A stretch of DNA of 64,000 nt from positions 1,536,001 to 1,600,000 of the forward strand of contig CP067995.1 in the NCBI GenBank assembly GCA_045159875.1, in the 5' to 3' direction. Positions 23,368 to 34,239 of this stretch are shown here, in pieces. Within the stretch, counting starts at the first letter, position 1; every line of letters starts with the position of its first letter. The notes under the pieces were generated by a model that had not been told where the DNA came from, ran no database searches, and saw nothing but the letters and a program-made list of their open reading frames with translations. Source of the stretch: a cyanobacterium endosymbiont of Rhopalodia gibba. GTDB lineage: Bacteria > Cyanobacteriota > Cyanobacteriia > Cyanobacteriales > Microcystaceae. The position numbers and the translations under genes are program-made.

Positions 23368-24147
23368 ATGATGAATAATATACCAGTTGATATTGATTCC
23401 TTGAAAAGTAGGAGACAAACTTTATCTATTCAGCGACGATTAAAAGTATGGCAAGGGGTCTGGCGTTTTTTAGCTCTTTTGGGGATGGTGGGGGGATTAG
23501 TCTGGGTGGTCAGTTGGCCTCATTGGGTTATCAAAGACAAATCACAAGTTAAGATTGTAGGAAATCAACTATTGTCTTCAGAGAAAATTCGGCAGCTTCT
23601 TAAGCTATCTTATCCTCAGTCTATTTGGCAACTCCCCCTTCATAAATTGACCCAACAATTGAAGGCAGAACCCCCATTGAAAGATATTTATCTTACTCGT
23701 CAACTTTTTCCCACTCAAATAACTGTTATTGTCAAGGAACGACAACCTATTGCTATGGGGACTTCTTCTCAAGGGGATGGATATCTTGATGCCGCTGGAG
23801 TCTGGATTCCTAAAAATTTCTATAAAGAAGATACAGAAGTTAAGACAGAACAAGACCTCACGGTACTCGGTTTTGAACCTCAGTATCGTTCCCATTGGCT
23901 TGAGATATATCACCTAATTCTTCAGTCTCCTATAAACATTATGACGGTAGATTGGCGAGACCCAAGTAATCTGATTTTACAAACTGAATTGGGAACTGTT
24001 TATTGTGGTCCTTATAGCGATCGCTTTCAGGAACAATTGCAGGTTTTAGCTAAAATGAGAGAACTTTCGTCCCGTATTCCTTCAAGCCGTATTTTTTACT
24101 TAGATGTAACCAATCCTCGGTCTCCTTCGGTGCGTCTAACTCCTTAG
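23368..24147 (+). CDS. ftsQ: Cell division protein FtsQ/DivIB
   Basis: Single N-terminal TM, POTRA-like region ending VKERQPIA; directly upstream of ftsZ. Confidence 0.88.
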   Translation: MMNNIPVDIDSLKSRRQTLSIQRRLKVWQGVWRFLALLGMVGGLVWVVSWPHWVIKDKSQVKIVGNQLLSSEKIRQLLKLSYPQSIWQLPLHKLTQQLKAEPPLKDIYLTRQLFPTQITVIVKERQPIAMGTSSQGDGYLDAAGVWIPKNFYKEDTEVKTEQDLTVLGFEPQYRSHWLEIYHLILQSPINIMTVDWRDPSNLILQTELGTVYCGPYSDRFQEQLQVLAKMRELSSRIPSSRIFYLDVTNPRSPSVRLTP

Positions 24148-24244
24148 TCTAATTTTCTGATTAATACCCTAATTTTTAACTATTTATTCGCAAATTTTCA
24201 CTTACTTTTAACGAAAACAATTATGCTTATAACATAACTAAAGA

Positions 24245-24273
24245 TTGACAAACTCTCACTAGATTTTTAGTGT
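24245..24273 (+). promoter_or_regulatory. Putative ftsZ promoter
   Basis: TTGACA (24245) - 17 bp - TAGTGT (24268). Confidence 0.55.
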
Positions 24274-24442
24274 ATAAGAATGAGATAAGTCCGTGCAAAT
24301 AGTAAGCTCTTATGTGTAGGTGAATGTTCAACCCGTTGCATAGGTATACTAGATCCAACATTTACCAACTATATTTTAGACTAATTAAACGGACTGTCGT
24401 CTAACTTTTTTGCAACTGTTCCTAATCAATCGTCAATACAAA

Positions 24443-25702
24443 ATGACCTCTAATGAAAAACTGATTTCTAGCAATTCGAGTCTTGATAAGACTCAATCTT
24501 CCGAAGTGTCAAATACAATGGAAGATTGTCATATTCACAATAACAGTCTACTCTTCCCTCAGTTTAACGATCCTTCAGAATCCCTTATAGAAGACACCAG
24601 GAGCAACAGAATAGTGCCAAATAACGTTGCTAAAATAAAGGTCATTGGCGTTGGTGGCGGCGGATGTAATGCAGTTAACCGTATGATTGAAAGTGCCTTA
24701 ACTGGAATTGAGTTTTGGGCCATCAACACTGATGCTCAGGCTCTTTCTCAATCAGCGGCGCCTCAACGTTTACAGATTGGGCAAAAATTGACTAGAGGTC
24801 TAGGAGCTGGCGGAAATCCATCTATTGGGACTCAAGCTGCTGAGGAGTCTCGGGACGAAATCGCTCACGCTTTAGAAAATACTGACCTTGTGTTTATTAC
24901 AGCTGGTATGGGTGGGGGAACTGGAACAGGAGCAGCTCCTATCGTTGCCGAGGTGGCAAAGGAAATGGGCTGTCTAACGGTGGGGGTTGTCACCCGTCCT
25001 TTTACCTTTGAAGGACGACGGCGTACTACTCAGGCGGCAGAAGGGGTCAATAACCTGCAAAATAATGTTGATACTCTAATTGTCATTCCTAATAACCAAT
25101 TACTACAAGTCATTCCTCCAGACACTCCTTTACAAGAGGCATTTTTGACAGCTGATAATATTCTGCGACAGGGGGTACAAGGAATTTCGGATATTATTAC
25201 AATTCCTGGTTTAGTTAATGTAGACTTTGCGGATGTTAGGGCAGTGATGGCTGACGCAGGATCAGCATTAATGGGACTAGGAACAGGTTCAGGAAAATCC
25301 CGTGCCAATGATGCGGCAGTACAGGCAATTTCTTCTCCTCTATTAGAACATTCAATTAAGGGAGCTAAAGGGGTTGTCTTTAACATTACTGGGGGTACTG
25401 ATCTCACCCTTCATGAAGTAACAACAGCTGCTGAAACCATTTTTGAGGTAGTTGATCCCGAGGCCAATATTATTTTTGGAGCAGTTATTGATTCAGTGTT
25501 ACAAGGAGAAGTAATAATCACAGTTATTGCGACAGGTTTCAGTGGAGAATCTGATAATGTAGCTTCAAAAACAGTAAAGAACACTTCTACACGAAGAGTA
25601 AACAACACGCAAAATACCAAAACTCCTGAGCCAGAATCTCCTAAGCCAACAGGGTTAGATATTCCAGACTTTCTTCAACAACGTCGTTTTCCAAAACGTT
25701 AG
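24443..25702 (+). CDS. ftsZ: Cell division protein FtsZ
   Basis: [21 protein letters not shown] tubulin signature, NVDFADV, C-terminal LDIPDFL; ATG at 24443. Confidence 0.98.
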   Translation: MTSNEKLISSNSSLDKTQSSEVSNTMEDCHIHNNSLLFPQFNDPSESLIEDTRSNRIVPNNVAKIKVIGVGGGGCNAVNRMIESALTGIEFWAINTDAQALSQSAAPQRLQIGQKLTRGLGAGGNPSIGTQAAEESRDEIAHALENTDLVFITAGMGGGTGTGAAPIVAEVAKEMGCLTVGVVTRPFTFEGRRRTTQAAEGVNNLQNNVDTLIVIPNNQLLQVIPPDTPLQEAFLTADNILRQGVQGISDIITIPGLVNVDFADVRAVMADAGSALMGLGTGSGKSRANDAAVQAISSPLLEHSIKGAKGVVFNITGGTDLTLHEVTTAAETIFEVVDPEANIIFGAVIDSVLQGEVIITVIATGFSGESDNVASKTVKNTSTRRVNNTQNTKTPEPESPKPTGLDIPDFLQQRRFPKR

Positions 25703-26302
25703 TTAATTAATAAATATATTTTGAATAACTTTTATCAAAAACAATATAATATTTCTTTAAAGTCAACCTTAGAAATATGAAACTTTTTAGAATTTTGGTT
25801 CGCGTTCCATTTTAAGTCTGGCAAAACATTAATCTAAGTAATTTTATCAAGAAAATTTTATTTTTACTGAAAAGTCTCCGCAGTTTCACCGATACATCGA
25901 TAGTTTTGTATTAGCTGTCCCGACTTTGATGTATATCAAACTAAGTTAAATAATAATGATAAAGAAGATTAATAATAAATTAAAGTTAATTCAAAAGAAA
26001 ATTTATAGATTCATAAATCTTATAAATCTTCAACTACAAATTTTTTTTATTTGGTATTCTACCAGTTGATTTAACATCGTAAGTTGAGTACAGTCAAATT
26101 TTTTTTAATAAAAAGAAAACACAAAATATCTAATTTGATCGAAAAAACATATAGATAATAACGTTAGATTATCTCAGATTTTTAAAGATAGAGTCTTTAA
26201 CTGAGAAGATTGTTGGCCTGGAAGAAAAACTAAAACTGATGGTCTAATTGTGATAAATGTTGTTAAGTTTCAAAAATTATTGAAAATAAGTGAATTTAAG
26301 AA

Positions 26303-26341
26303 AGCTTTCAGGGTAAAATTAATAATTTTACCCTGAAAGCT
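26303..26341. repeat. Palindrome, 19-bp arms, 1-nt spacer
   Basis: AGCTTTCAGGGTAAAATTA-a-TAATTTTACCCTGAAAGCT, followed by AC (CTAC end). Confidence 0.92.
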
Positions 26342-26871
26342 ACAAATAAAACTAGGAATGTCCTGAAGTCCAGAGATATATAGGATTCTATTTTTTTCTA
26401 ATTGGCTTTAACCTAACTCTAAGTTAATCAAGAACTATATATCAATTTTAACTTTTAAATATCTTTTCTTAAACTTTGTTAATTTCTAATATAAATGGAA
26501 ACTATTTTTTTATTTAAAAATCTCTTATTGTCTAGATTTTACCTCGAACTCTTACAAGAGTATCTAAACTTTTTTCAAGTAATGCTATTTTCGTCAGTCC
26601 TAAACTTTTTTGGCACATTTTTATTTCTCTATCTAATAAGCGACTTTCAGTCCTGTATATATTTGCTCATGTGTTGGCATATATCTTAATTTGTGAGTTA
26701 CTTTTTTAAGTAGTTTATCAGTTAATAAAGTTTTTCTCTTCTTTATTTAAAACTCTTATTTTTAATATTTTTATCTCTCTCTTCTTCTGATTTACTAGAT
26801 TTTTTCATAATTTCTTTACTATAACCAGAATTTACTGCTACAGGGAACAACTTTTTTTTAGACTTCTTTCT

Positions 26872-26913
26872 TAGGATATTTTCAAAATAATATATTATTT
26901 TGAAAATATCCTA
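26872..26913. repeat. Perfect 42-bp palindrome
   Basis: TAGGATATTTTCAAAATAATA|TATTATTTTGAAAATATCCTA, followed by C (CTAC end). Confidence 0.93.
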
Positions 26914-27856
26914 CACAATTTTAACTTTTCATGTATTTACTTTGGATTTTAAACAAACGAAGATTTAAAGCTAAATAAAGTTTTGTAGGTATTTTTTGAT
27001 CTAAATTATTTCTTTCTTACTAAGAGTTAGTATTCTCATGACTAAATTAAGTACAATTTATTATTTACATAAATTTTTTTGACAATTTTATTGTCATAGA
27101 TACAAGTCATATAAATAAAACTATTCCTATTTCATTTAATATATAAAGATTGAAAATGGTTAATTATCCTCAATTTAGAGTCTTATGTATTAAACTCAAT
27201 TTAGTATTTGATATCATAGTCCTAAATTAAATTAAAATACTATATATTGTTATTAATTTTTTAAAAAAATGGTAACAATATTTTTTAAAAAGTTTTTCAA
27301 AGACTGTATAATTACCGTGATTTAAAAAGTTAACTAAGATTAAAATGTAAACTTTTTCAAGAAAATTTTGAAGATAGTGTGTCGTCAATAGAGACAATTT
27401 TATCGATGTAGTACGACTAGGTTTTTCTAAAAATTTATTTTTTTTAGACTATAAAAATAATTTTGTCAAGCTTCAATAGAGTTAGTATTAAATTGAATCT
27501 ATCTATATTGAAAAAACATAATTTCTATAAAAATTCAGGAAGAAAAAGTAAATCAATAATTATATGCAAGAAGCAGGATTTATCGAGGTCTGGTACTATG
27601 AATATAAAACATTACTTTAATACTTGGCGAAATACTTTATAGCATAAATTATTTTTTAATATACTTAAATATATTATCCCTATAATGCTTTAACTGATTG
27701 TTTTTATAGCATTCTTAAAAATTGCTTTGTAACATTTTTTTGCATTAAACATCTAGATATATTTTACCAGTCGATTAATTATTAACTAGTAAACATTGAA
27801 TCAGTTTATGTTAGTTTAGGTAGTCTACTCAATAAAAAAATATCCTGGTAAAAACC

Positions 27857-29218
27857 ATGAAGATTTCAGCCAGAGGAAGCACAAATTCTCGCCAATTAGC
27901 TCTATTAATTCTCAAAGAAATTGAACAACGGGGAGCTTATACTGATATTGCCCTTGGCCAAGCTTTCAACCAAACTAATTTCGAGCCAGGTGATCGCGCC
28001 TTGGTCACGGAATTGGTCTACGGCATTGTCCGACGACGACGCACCTTAGATGCTTTAATTAATCAACTAGGCAAAAAATCTGCCCATCAACAACCACCAA
28101 ATCTTCGTTTAATACTACATCTTGGCCTCTATCAATTGCGCTATCTTAATCAGATTCCTTTATCAGCAGCGGTTAACACCAGTGTTGACCTAGCTAAAGA
28201 AAATCAATTACTATCTCTTTCAGGCGTAGTTAATGGCATCTTACGTCACTATATCCGCCTAAGTAAAACTAAAATTGAGCCTTTAATCCTACCTGATCAC
28301 CCTGTTGAAAAATTAGGTGTCCTCTATAGTTTTCCCAATGAGATCATCGAACTTTGGTTGCAGCAATTCGGGGAAGATACAACTGCCAAACTATGTGAAT
28401 GGTTTAACCAATCTCCTCATCATGATCTACGGATCAATCCTTTGACAACTACGCTAGAAACTGTTGAAGCGCATTTGAAACAAGCTAACATCAAAGTAAT
28501 GAGCCTAAAAGATGTTTGTCAAGGATTAAGATTAATTGGTAAAACTGGAGCTATTAAAGAATTACCAGGATTTAAAGAAGGATGGTGGACTGTACAAGAC
28601 AGCAGTGCGCAATTAGTAACCCATTTACTTGATCCTCAACCCTCAGAAGTAATTATTGATGCTTGTGCTGCCCCTGGAGGAAAAACTACCCACATCGCTG
28701 AATTAATGCAAGATCAAGGAATAATTTTTGCTTGTGATCGCACTCCATCAAGATTGAATAAACTACGAGCCAATGCCCAACGATTACACCTAAAATCGAT
28801 TAAGATCGTCACAGGAGATAGTCGTCAATTCAACCAATTCACTGCAATGGCTGATCGAGTTTTATTAGACGCTCCCTGTTCAGGACTAGGAACCTTACAT
28901 CGACATCCTGATATTCGTTGGCGACATAGTCCCGAAAAGGTCCGACAACTATCGAAATTACAGCAAGAGTTATTGGAGAAAACGGCAACCTGGGTAAAAC
29001 CCCAGGGAATCTTAGTTTATGCTACTTGTACCCTTAATTGTTTAGAAAATGAATTAATTATCAAACATTTTCTTGATACCCATACAAATTGGCACATTGA
29101 ACCACCATCATCCCGTTCGCCCTTGTGTAATTGGGTAACTTCATCAGGATGGATAATAATTTTGCCCCATCAGCATCGAATGGATGGCTTTTTTCTAGTG
29201 AAGTTAAAGAAAGGTTGA
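27857..29218 (+). CDS. rsmB: 16S rRNA (cytosine(967)-C5)-methyltransferase RsmB/Sun
   Basis: NusB-like N-terminus, VQDSSAQ, DACAAPGGKT, LLDAPCSG, YATCT, DGFF. Confidence 0.95.
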   Translation: MKISARGSTNSRQLALLILKEIEQRGAYTDIALGQAFNQTNFEPGDRALVTELVYGIVRRRRTLDALINQLGKKSAHQQPPNLRLILHLGLYQLRYLNQIPLSAAVNTSVDLAKENQLLSLSGVVNGILRHYIRLSKTKIEPLILPDHPVEKLGVLYSFPNEIIELWLQQFGEDTTAKLCEWFNQSPHHDLRINPLTTTLETVEAHLKQANIKVMSLKDVCQGLRLIGKTGAIKELPGFKEGWWTVQDSSAQLVTHLLDPQPSEVIIDACAAPGGKTTHIAELMQDQGIIFACDRTPSRLNKLRANAQRLHLKSIKIVTGDSRQFNQFTAMADRVLLDAPCSGLGTLHRHPDIRWRHSPEKVRQLSKLQQELLEKTATWVKPQGILVYATCTLNCLENELIIKHFLDTHTNWHIEPPSSRSPLCNWVTSSGWIIILPHQHRMDGFFLVKLKKG

Positions 29219-29289
29219 TAGAACCTCCATGTGCGTGCAAAGTCCTTCATTATAGAAATAGGAAAAATCAGAAATAATTGGAATTGACC

Positions 29290-29703
29290 ATGAAAAGTGT
29301 TCAGAAAAAGAAACAACTCCTCAAGATTTTGATTGGTGCTGCTTGGATTGACGGATTAATCCAGAAAGAAGAACGTGATTATTTGAACAAAATGATAGCT
29401 ACTCAAGGTCTTGCCGATGATCAAGAAATTGCTGTTCTTTTATCTGAACTTAAGCCAGTTCAACCCAGTCAGTGTTACCAATGGTTAGAAGAGTATTTAG
29501 GCGGTAATCCTACTACTAAAGATTATCAAAAACTACTTGAATCTATTAGTGGTTTAATTTACAGTGATGGTGATGTGCAGATGCAAGAAGCCCAATTGTT
29601 AACTAAATTACAATTGCTTGACCCGTCTCAAGATTCTTATAAATCTTCTTTTGAGAAGATACTAAAAACTATTCAAAAGTTATATAAAAAGGCTATTAGT
29701 TAA
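29290..29703 (+). CDS. TerB family protein
   Basis: LIGAAWIDG..EE and LIYSDG..E repeated TerB motifs. Confidence 0.8.
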   Translation: MKSVQKKKQLLKILIGAAWIDGLIQKEERDYLNKMIATQGLADDQEIAVLLSELKPVQPSQCYQWLEEYLGGNPTTKDYQKLLESISGLIYSDGDVQMQEAQLLTKLQLLDPSQDSYKSSFEKILKTIQKLYKKAIS

Positions 29704-30096
29704 AAAAAATTCAGGCTAAAAACTATCTACCAATAATCTTATTACCGATCATTAAATTAATTTTTTAACTATCAAAATAACAACCACAGTCTATTCATTT
29801 TAATAAGGCTCTGTTTTAGATACAATGAAGTTGACAACTGCTCTAAAAGGTAACCGTTAATATTTAAGACTATAGTTGTTGTTTAAACATGCATGCGAAC
29901 AAATAAAGCTGATTTATCTTTCTGACTATCTCTTGGTTTCAGGCTAAAAAGACAAGTTTTCTGTAGGTGGTTAGTCAAAAAAGAAGTTAATAAATATAGT
30001 TTTAAACATTCCGATTGATCTAAATTAATTTTTAATCAATCTAAGTGTTTTAATCTAAAAACACTTACGAAGTGAAATTTTATAAATTAGTTTGAC

Positions 30097-30138
30097 TAAA
30101 TAATTACTTATCTTCAACTGAAGATAAGTAATTATTTA
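30097..30138. repeat. Palindrome, 20-bp arms; a smaller 10-bp-arm hairpin lies at 30042-30067
   Basis: TAAATAATTACTTATCTTCA-ac-TGAAGATAAGTAATTATTTA. Confidence 0.92.
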
Positions 30139-31122
30139 TATTTTTTGTTTATAGAGCTTTTCCAAGAGTTCTTGAGCAATAAATTTTGAATCTTTAAAAA
30201 ATTGGTCAGTTAAATTCCTGCATCAACCCAAAAACAATTTTACGGTTATTTATGTTCTCTGGAGTTAATTTAAAAACTAATAATTCACTGCAATTGTTTA
30301 TCACTAAATTTAGTTTAAATTCTTAACACTGTTACAGAGAATTTTATATCCATCCAATCTACAATCTAAGTTTTTAAAAACTCGGTATGCTCTACTGAAA
30401 GACTGATAGAAAGTCTCTATTGGAGCAGAAACAATGAAACTAATTCGTGTAATTTTTCCTTTCCCAGGATACAAGCTTCACACAATGATTATCGCTAACT
30501 AGATTAGGAAATACTTTTTGCACTTATAATAAGTTCAATTTTTCAAAGATCCGATATCATAGCCAATAAAAAATAATTATTATAAGTATAATATCGCCTA
30601 TTTTTTAAATAAAAATTAAATTTTTTTAAAAAAAGCTAATACTGTTAATCAAAGAATGTAATAATAATATTGTCGTAATTTTTGATATAAGTACTCTAGC
30701 TCGCAAAATACTTTAGTAGGATCAAGACAGACCTTTATATCTAAAGTACTAGATCTTAATAAACGCTATTTTGAGCATACAGCTTTTTTGATCGACCAAA
30801 CCATCTCTTAGATATTTTAAGTATCGAGATAAGCTTTAATTTTATTAATTTATCTATCTATTAGATGATAACTCTTTTAAAAATATTAATAAGCAGTTTG
30901 TGTACATTTTAGAAATTTATCAAAAAATTTATTATTTATCGTCTAAAAATTAATTTTTTTTATATTTTCTTTTATTTTATACATATTTTCGAAGATAAAG
31001 TACACGGTCAAAACTTTCTCTATCTTAGCTTTATTTGTGTTACCCAAGCTTTTTTTTAAAGTTAAAAATATTTAATATAACTTATACCAACTAGTTTTTT
31101 ATCTCTTTTTTAAGCTTTAAAT

Positions 31123-31175
31123 TTTCTGGTGCTTTCTGGTGCTTTCTGGTGCTTTCTGGTGCTTTCTGGTGCTTT
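31123..31175. repeat. Perfect tandem repeat (TTTCTGGTGC) x5
   Basis: Five identical 10-mers with no spacers. Confidence 0.95.
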
Positions 31176-31859
31176 TTGTAACCTTTATAGTTATAATATA
31201 ATTTCTTATCAATCTGTTTTATAAGATAAAATCTGTATGCTAATATTTAAACATTAGGAAGCATTTTCAAATAACACTCTTATAAGATATCTGCAAATCC
31301 ATACTAATTTTTTTATTTAAATCAAAGCTATAAAATCTCCTATTATTTCTTGATTTTTTTAAATATCAATTTAAACTTCATATATCTATAGCACAACGAA
31401 AGAATATCAGTCTAGTTTTAGAGTTTCATAAGAAATGATAAAATATTTAAGTAAGTTCTAAACTGACAACAATCTACACTCAACACTAATAAAAGAATAA
31501 CTAGCTACTTTTACATCGTCGACATTAATTACTTGAGTAATAAAATAAAATAGTGGACTAGATAAAAAATTTTAACTTTAATTGTCATATATTTTTTATG
31601 GTAGAACTACTTTAGTTAATTTTTTCAAAAAGAGTATTTTCTATCGTAATAGAATGAGAAATAATCTGGATCTAGATTAATTAAATCTTTATCATATCTA
31701 ATCTAAAATAACCATGGTTATAACGTATAACCATTCACTATCTCTGTTACTCTTAAGTTTAAAAAATTTAGAAAGCTAATCTAAACTAAACTTTATATGA
31801 CTAAACTTTATCCATCTAATCCTAGACTACGCAAAAACTTAATTTAGAAAAAAAAGATT

Positions 31860-32900
31860 ATTTTAAATACTTCTATGATAAGCCAGGTAATAGACCCGAT
31901 ATCCCTAACATTGAAGGAGCTCCCAATCTATCGCGCATTGTTTTAATAGACTACGACAAAATCTATGCTGTGCGCAGGGTAGATGTTATTTCCAAAGCTC
32001 TAATTTCTTATTCAGATAGTAATACTGTTTCTTGAATGGATATTCAAAAATTAGGTAGTTAAATAATTCTTAAACAAGTCATAATATTTTTTGAACTTCA
32101 TCCTCTATTACTTAAATATGTGGTAAATATTCCCCAAGTACTCAAAGTAGAAGACTATAACGGATAGTTAATAATTATTGCCTGAATGGTATTTTTTAAA
32201 CCTAGTAAAGAAAGATTTGTAAGTGAACAAGTGGGATTTATTTTAGGACAAGGCTACCGTTTAACTTTTTTTAAAAAATAAATTAAAGATTATTTTGATA
32301 TAATTTATAATCGTATTTATGCCAATCAAGGAAAAGTTCGTTAGACCGTACCTGATTACTTAACTTATTTGTTATAAGATTCTATCAGAGAATAGTTATT
32401 TCCCCCTATTAGCAAAATATAGTATCGCATAGAAGTTTTAGAAGATTGACTGGGTTGTACAACCTCGAAAAAATTTATGCTGTGCGACGGGAATTATTAG
32501 CGTTGAAGCGAGCAATTTGGCCTCTACACAATGTTGAGAGAGTGCTTTGATTCAACTAAGGCTCAAAATCTATTTTTGAGATTGTTATAATCACATTATT
32601 GAACTGTTTGATATTGTAGAGATTTATCGATAACTTACCTCAAGTTTAATGGATGTTTATTTATCTTTTATGAGTAATAAAATAAAGGAAATAATACAAG
32701 TTTTAATAGTTATTTCTACAATTTTATTCCTCTAGCTTGTATTCCAGAAGTTTATGATCTAAACTTTGAATATATGCAAAAATTTTATTAGTCTTGTAGT
32801 TATATTACTTGTCTAAGCTTGATGGCAACTGTTACGATAAATTTAATTTTTTCCTTTTAATGACAGGAACAACTTGACTTATTTTATCGTCTTAACAAGA
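31860..32900 (+). pseudogene. corA: Magnesium/cobalt transporter CorA pseudogene
   Basis: YFYDKPG..IVLIDY, VS*MDIQKLG, FELHPLLLKYVVNIPQ.LKVEDY, VLIVISTIFIPL..YDLNFEYM (eroded YGMNF); many stops. Confidence 0.9.
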
Positions 32901-33481
32901 AATAAATTAATTAATAGAAATAAGCAATAAAATCTATTTATTTTTTGCAGCTATATTTCTTTGCTAAATATTAGTGACTTCCTAATGCTTATAGATAAGA
33001 CTAAGTTAGATAAACTCAAATAAATCTAAAATAGAAAAGTAGTTACCAAAGAATAAGCGCTAGATGATTACATCTTGCCTAAAAATTCAGCAAATAGAAT
33101 TAAAAGATAAGAAAATATTAAAATTAACTAGAAACTCACAAATTTTTCTCATAACACAAATAAAATTAGAAATATTATATTTAAGTGCAAAAGCATGAAA
33201 AGTTAAAAAAATTGTAGAACGTATAATTATAAAAATAATTTATAGATAGATAATCTAGAGAAAGAAGTATTTTAAAATTTTTTAAACAGTTCTCAACAAA
33301 AGATATGATTATTTATCATGGATAATAAATTTTTTAAAATAAATAAATAAAAATTAATTTTATAAGATTTTTTAATAAAATTTATAAAAAATTATAAATT
33401 AAGAGGGCAAAAATTAGCATAATAATTATGTCTATTTTTAGCTAAAGCTATATTAAAATAATAAGAAAAAAAATAATCTTT

Positions 33482-33524
33482 ATTTTCTATGGTGTTTAAT
33501 TTAAAATTAAACACCATAGAAAAT
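33482..33524. repeat. Palindrome, 21-bp arms, 1-nt spacer
   Basis: ATTTTCTATGGTGTTTAATTT-a-AAATTAAACACCATAGAAAAT. Confidence 0.93.
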
Positions 33525-33776
33525 GGTATCAAATAAAAGTTCATAAAACTGGAGAAAATATATTTGAAGACAAAGATAATTTAGCCAAGAAGGTTAAACA
33601 AAGTCCTGCTCAAAAAAGTTGCCCTCAAAAGGATAAATTAGAGCAATATAAATCCAGCTTTATCTTTTAAACTACAAAAATATAAAATAGTTGATGTTTT
33701 TAACGTTTATTTAAAGATACTTACTTGTCTACTTACAACGAAAATTTTATGACTAAAAAACAGTACACTAAACATA

Positions 33777-34162
33777 GGAGAGAGTTAGTGAGGGAGTTGC
33801 GGATTCGTCCTTGAGGCGAATTCGAGGAAAGTCCGGGCTTCCTAAAGACCAAACTTGCTGGGCAATCCCCAGTGCGCGTGAGCGTGAGGATAGTGCCACA
33901 GAAAAATACCGCATTTTCGGGTATTGTCCGACAAATGTAAGGGTGCAAAGGTGTGGTAAGAGCGCACCAGCAGCATCGTGAGATGCTGGCTCGGTAAACC
34001 CCGGTGGGAAGCAAGGTCGAAGGGACTAAGGTTGGTCTTTTCCCCGTCCCGTTATTGGAGAACCGCTTGAGGTGTTTGGTAACAAACATCCCAGATAGAT
34101 AACTCCCCCTATAAGACTAATATTTTATAGGAACAGAACCCGGCTTATGTCTAACTCTTTCC
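33777..34162 (+). ncRNA. rnpB: RNase P RNA (bacterial type A)
   Basis: GAGGAAAGTCCGGGCT, AGTGCCACAGAAA, GGTAAACCCC, ACAGAACCCGGCTTA; P1 GGAGAGAGTTAG pairs with CTAACTCTTTCC. Confidence 0.97.
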
Positions 34163-34239
34163 TTAACCTTTATTTTGCGTCCATCCTGAAATAGGTGGCG
34201 CAGTGAAAAATTATAGCCCTGAAAAGGTACCTAAGAACA

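Noticed and set aside
31123..31175. CRISPR array or iteron set
   Set aside because: Units are 10 bp with no spacers, and there is no cas or rep gene. The palindromes elsewhere are not regularly spaced identical repeats either.
33733..34089. 118-aa minus-strand ORF
   Set aside because: Antisense shadow of the GC-rich rnpB gene.
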